This document shows positions 60,706-64,000 of a DNA stretch of 64,000 nucleotides, one piece after another. Origin of the DNA: Paraspadella gotoi (lineage: Eukaryota > Animalia > Chaetognatha). The translations under genes and the position numbers were made by a program. The DNA is taken from positions 302,371 to 366,370 of the forward strand of contig CM119267.1 in the NCBI GenBank assembly GCA_051294375.1, read 5' to 3'. The notes under the pieces were generated by a model. It saw nothing but the letters and a program-made list of their open reading frames with translations. It was not told where the DNA came from and did no database searches. How positions within the stretch are numbered: the stretch's first letter is position 1; each line of letters starts with the position of its first letter.

Positions 60706-63550
60706 AGAAAATCGTGAAGACGAAGACGCCGTCCAAGAAGACAACAACGACAACACAAACAAAGACAACAACAACGACGACGACGACGAAAACCAAGACG
60801 ATGACGACGACGTAGATTACAACGACAACAACCATGAGGACGACGACGACGATGACGACGAAAACAACAACAACCGAAGACCAATGGAGACTCTCGATTA
60901 TTCTCGTCACGCAACAGAAAAAGCGAAAAAGGAGAAATGCAAATCGACGATGCCAGCATCGGCCATAAGGGTGATTCATGTTGACTTGACTTGACTTGAC
61001 TTGACTTGACTTGACTTGACTTGACTTGACTTGACTTGACTTGACTTGACTTGACTTGACGATGCCAGCTTCGGCCAAAAAAGTTTTTCATGTTGACATG
61101 ACTTGACTCAACCTGACTTGACTTGAAGATGCCAGCATTGGCCATAAAGGTGATTTATGTTGACTTGACTTGACTTGACTTGACTTGGCAGAAAACAATC
61201 AGTTGAGAGGCTGTTGCCAAAATATTGTTTAAAAGGGTTGGGACTGGAATAAAGTTATCCGTTTATCTGTATGACTTGTTAAGGTTTAACTGTGAATGAT
61301 TAAAGTAAACATTCTCTGTCATTTTGAATAAGAATTGGCCGAAAAGTCATTATGTCTAATGTTATTGTCATTATGTCATTATGACATTAAAGGCTTAAGG
61401 CTAAGACATGCTAAGTCAAAGCTTATCTTCTCTCTCTTTATCTCATTTCTTCTCTCTCTTTTCTCTCTTATCTTTCCTATCTTTTTCATCTTTCTTCTCT
61501 CTCTCTTTTCTCTCTCTCCCTCTCTACAGTCTTCGGAACTGGTCGTCCGCAAACAGTCGCGAATGTCCTTCGCCGATTTGGGCAACAGGTGCAAGAAACA
61601 TCGTCTGGCGATGGAGGAACTCGATCTCACGCCGGAACTGGCCGTCAGGTGCAAAAGGGGGGAAATGGCGTGCGTGGCAGGTGGCGGCAGGTGTGGCGGG
61701 CAGATTCGTTCCCCGTCGGGAAAGAGATTAATGATAGAGAGTGAGAGAGTGGGATAGAGAGATAAAATGATAGAGATTAATGAATGAGAGTGAGAGAGTG
61801 GGATAGAGAGATAAAATGAGAGAGATAAAATGATTGAGATTAATGATAGAGAGTGAGAGAGTGAGATAGAGAGATAAAATGATAGAGATTAATGATAGAG
61901 ATTCATGATAGAGAGTGAGAGAGTGGGATAGAGAGAAAAAATGATAGATATTAATGTTAGAGATTAATGATAGAGAGTGGGATAGAGAGATAAAATAAGT
62001 CATACAGAGATAGATAGAGTCATAGAGTGATAGACCACAGTCCAATCCTGACCCTTACCTTTCACCCCTTACCCTCGCAGAATCGCCAAAGAAACTCCTT
62101 CGGTGAATCGACTCCTCAACTTGAAAAAAGGAAACAAAATGATGGAGCGAATGGAAGCAGCGGGAAAAGTGGAACCGGAGAAAACTCTATTCGAAGCTGC
62201 GGTCTGTGCACTGGCTTATCAGGTCGGTCATTGTCCATTAATTTGTTCTTGCGTCTCGTGTCTCTTGGTCTAACCTTTTCCCCCCCTCCTCTCCTCTCTT
62301 CTTACTTCCTCCTCTTCCAACGTTACTCCATCTCTTCCCCTCTCCTTTCTTCCCCATCTTCTTCCCTCTCTTCCCCTCCTTCCTCTCTCTCTCTCTCCTC
62401 TTTCGCTTCCTTTCCTCTCCTCTTCCCTCTCCTCTTCCCAGCTCCTCTCCCCCTCCTTCTTCTCCCTCACTCTCCCCTCCTCTATCCCCCTCCTCTTTCC
62501 CCTCCTTTCCTCTCCTCTTTACCCTCTTCTTCCCCCTCTATTCCTCCTCAATTCCCTCTCTCTATCCGCTCCCTTCTCCTCTCCTCCTTCCCCTCCTCTT
62601 CCTCCCTCCTCTTCTCCCTCTTCTTCTCCCTTTATTTCCCCCTCTCTTCCCTCTCCTCTTCCTCCTTCCCTTTCCTCTTCTCTTTCCTCTCACTCTTCTC
62701 CCCTTCTCTTCCCCCTCCTCTCTCTTCCCACTCCTCTTTCGCCCTCCTCTTCCATCTTCCCCCACTTCTTCCCCCTCCTTCCCCCTCCTCTTCCCTCACC
62801 TCTTCCTCCTTCCTTCTTCTTCTCTTTCCTCTCCTCTTCCCCTCCTCTTCCCCCCTCCTCTTCCCTTCGCGTTTTCCCCTCCTCCCTCCTCTTCCTCCTC
62901 CACTCCTCATCCCTCCTCTTCCCTCTCTTCCTCTCTCCATTTCCCTCCTCTTCCCCTCTTCTTCCCCCTGCTCTTTCCCCCTCATTCTTCTTCCCCTCTC
63001 CTCTTCCCCTCATCTTCCTCTCTGTCTCTTCTCCCCTCCTTTTCCCCCTCCTTTCCTCACCCTCTCCTCTTCCCCTCCTATTCCCTCCTCTCTCCCCCTC
63101 CTCTTCCCCCCTCCTCTCCCCCCTCCTCCTCCTTCTGCAGTACCTCATGGTCAAGTACCCCGACAAAACCTNNNNNNNNNNNNNNNNNNNNNNNNNNNNN
63201 NNNNNNNNNNNNNNNNNNNNNNNNNNNNNNNNNNNNNNNNNNNNNNNNNNNNNNNNNNNNNNNNNNNNNNNNNNNNNNNCAAACTGTTGGCGGATTTGCG
63301 CGCGGCGCCGGGAACCAAAGGCCTTCACAAAACTCACCTGGCACGCAGCCTAATCTCGATGTGTGAGTACTAATTAATCATTTTATCTTTAAATACTTTT
63401 TTCAATCACCGATCATCCTTCGATCACCTCACGGATCACCTCACCGATCACCTCACGTATCACCTCACCGATGACCCCTCAGCGATGACGGCGACTCGGT
63501 CTCGCACTTCGCGACTCAACACTGTCGAAGAAACGAGACGTCGCCGATGA
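60706..63550 (+). CDS. Further exons (60706-60970, 61530-61648, 62081-62222, 63141-63362, 63483-63550): probable long C-terminal tail of SLC9C or a separate small gene
   Basis: AG/GT-bounded GC-rich segments. The last four chain in phase: SSELVVRKQ..LAVR|IAKETPS..ALAYQ|YLMVKYPDK..LARSLISM|SMTATRS..RRRR*. The phase link 60970->61530 is not clean. Confidence 0.5.
60948..61190 (+). repeat. (TTGAC)n pentamer tract with three copies of the exon end/donor GATGCCAGC..GGCCA.AA.GT
   Basis: Directly visible. Confidence 0.85.
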
Positions 63551-63797
63551 GTTCATTGGCTGGCGGCGTCGAGGCGGCGAGGCGGCGGCGGCGGCGGCGG
63601 CGAGGCGGCGGCGGCGGCGGCGAGGCGGCGGCGGGCGGCGGCCATCTTTAAATGTCGTCTTTTAATAATTTCGTAGTGATTAGAAAGTTTACTACTATGT
63701 AGAATATGTAGATATATATTGTGATTCGGAAATTGAACTAATTAAATAAAAAAAAAATTATTTTCTGATTTATAAAAATAACCAATTAACCAATTAA

Positions 63798-63839
63798 CCA
63801 GTCTCTGCGGAGGCGTGGGTTGGAATCCCATTGATGCCA
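63798..63839 (+). pseudogene. 3' half of a tRNA-Leu (type II, long variable arm) fragment
   Basis: CCAGTCTCTGCGGAGGCGTGGGTTGGAATCCCATTGATGCCA resembles the canonical eukaryotic tRNA-Leu 3' half (CCAGTCTCTTCGGAGGCGTGGGTTCGAATCCCACCGCTGCCA); the 5' half is absent and TTC is changed to TTG. Confidence 0.7.
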
Positions 63840-64000
63840 GCAAGAAGGAAGATGGACAAAGCGACCGTTGCAATGGAATCAAATTGAAACGCTTGCTACA
63901 GCTTAATATTAATCTTCATCTTAATTTTAATATTAATTTTCATCTTAATTTTAATATTAATATTAATCTTCATCTTAATCTTAATCTTAAGATGACGATG

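Overview
Draft-quality animal genomic window: AT-rich introns, GC-richer exons, many microsatellites, N-gaps and 1-bp indel errors. Gene content from left to right: (1) a spartin (SPART/SPG20) orthologue on the minus strand that runs off the left edge; (2) a head-to-tail cluster of four distinct ANL-superfamily adenylating enzymes (firefly-luciferase/4-coumarate-CoA-ligase-like acyl-CoA synthetases), none with a C-terminal PTS1 and at least two with mitochondrial-presequence-like N-termini. Paralogues 3 and 4 each appear up to three times because of a ~7 kb indel-riddled direct duplicate and a ~15 kb inverted repeat centred on a gap at ~31.2 kb, both probably assembly or haplotype artefacts; (3) a large multi-exon SLC9C1/sNHE-type voltage-gated Na+/H+ exchanger (CPA1 transporter + VSD + CNBD). 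Its first transmembrane exon splices in frame to upstream Cys/Trp-rich sushi(CCP)-like exons, suggesting an unusual extracellular N-terminal region. It also has a 245-aa cytosolic insert and a degenerate, insertion-split CNBD. Non-coding features: Penelope-type minimal hammerhead ribozymes, Helentron/DINE-like and tRNA-derived repeats, a tRNA-Leu fragment and recurrent tandem duplications of splice junctions. All gene models were inferred by eye from GT/GC-AG sites and phase; the organism was not identified.
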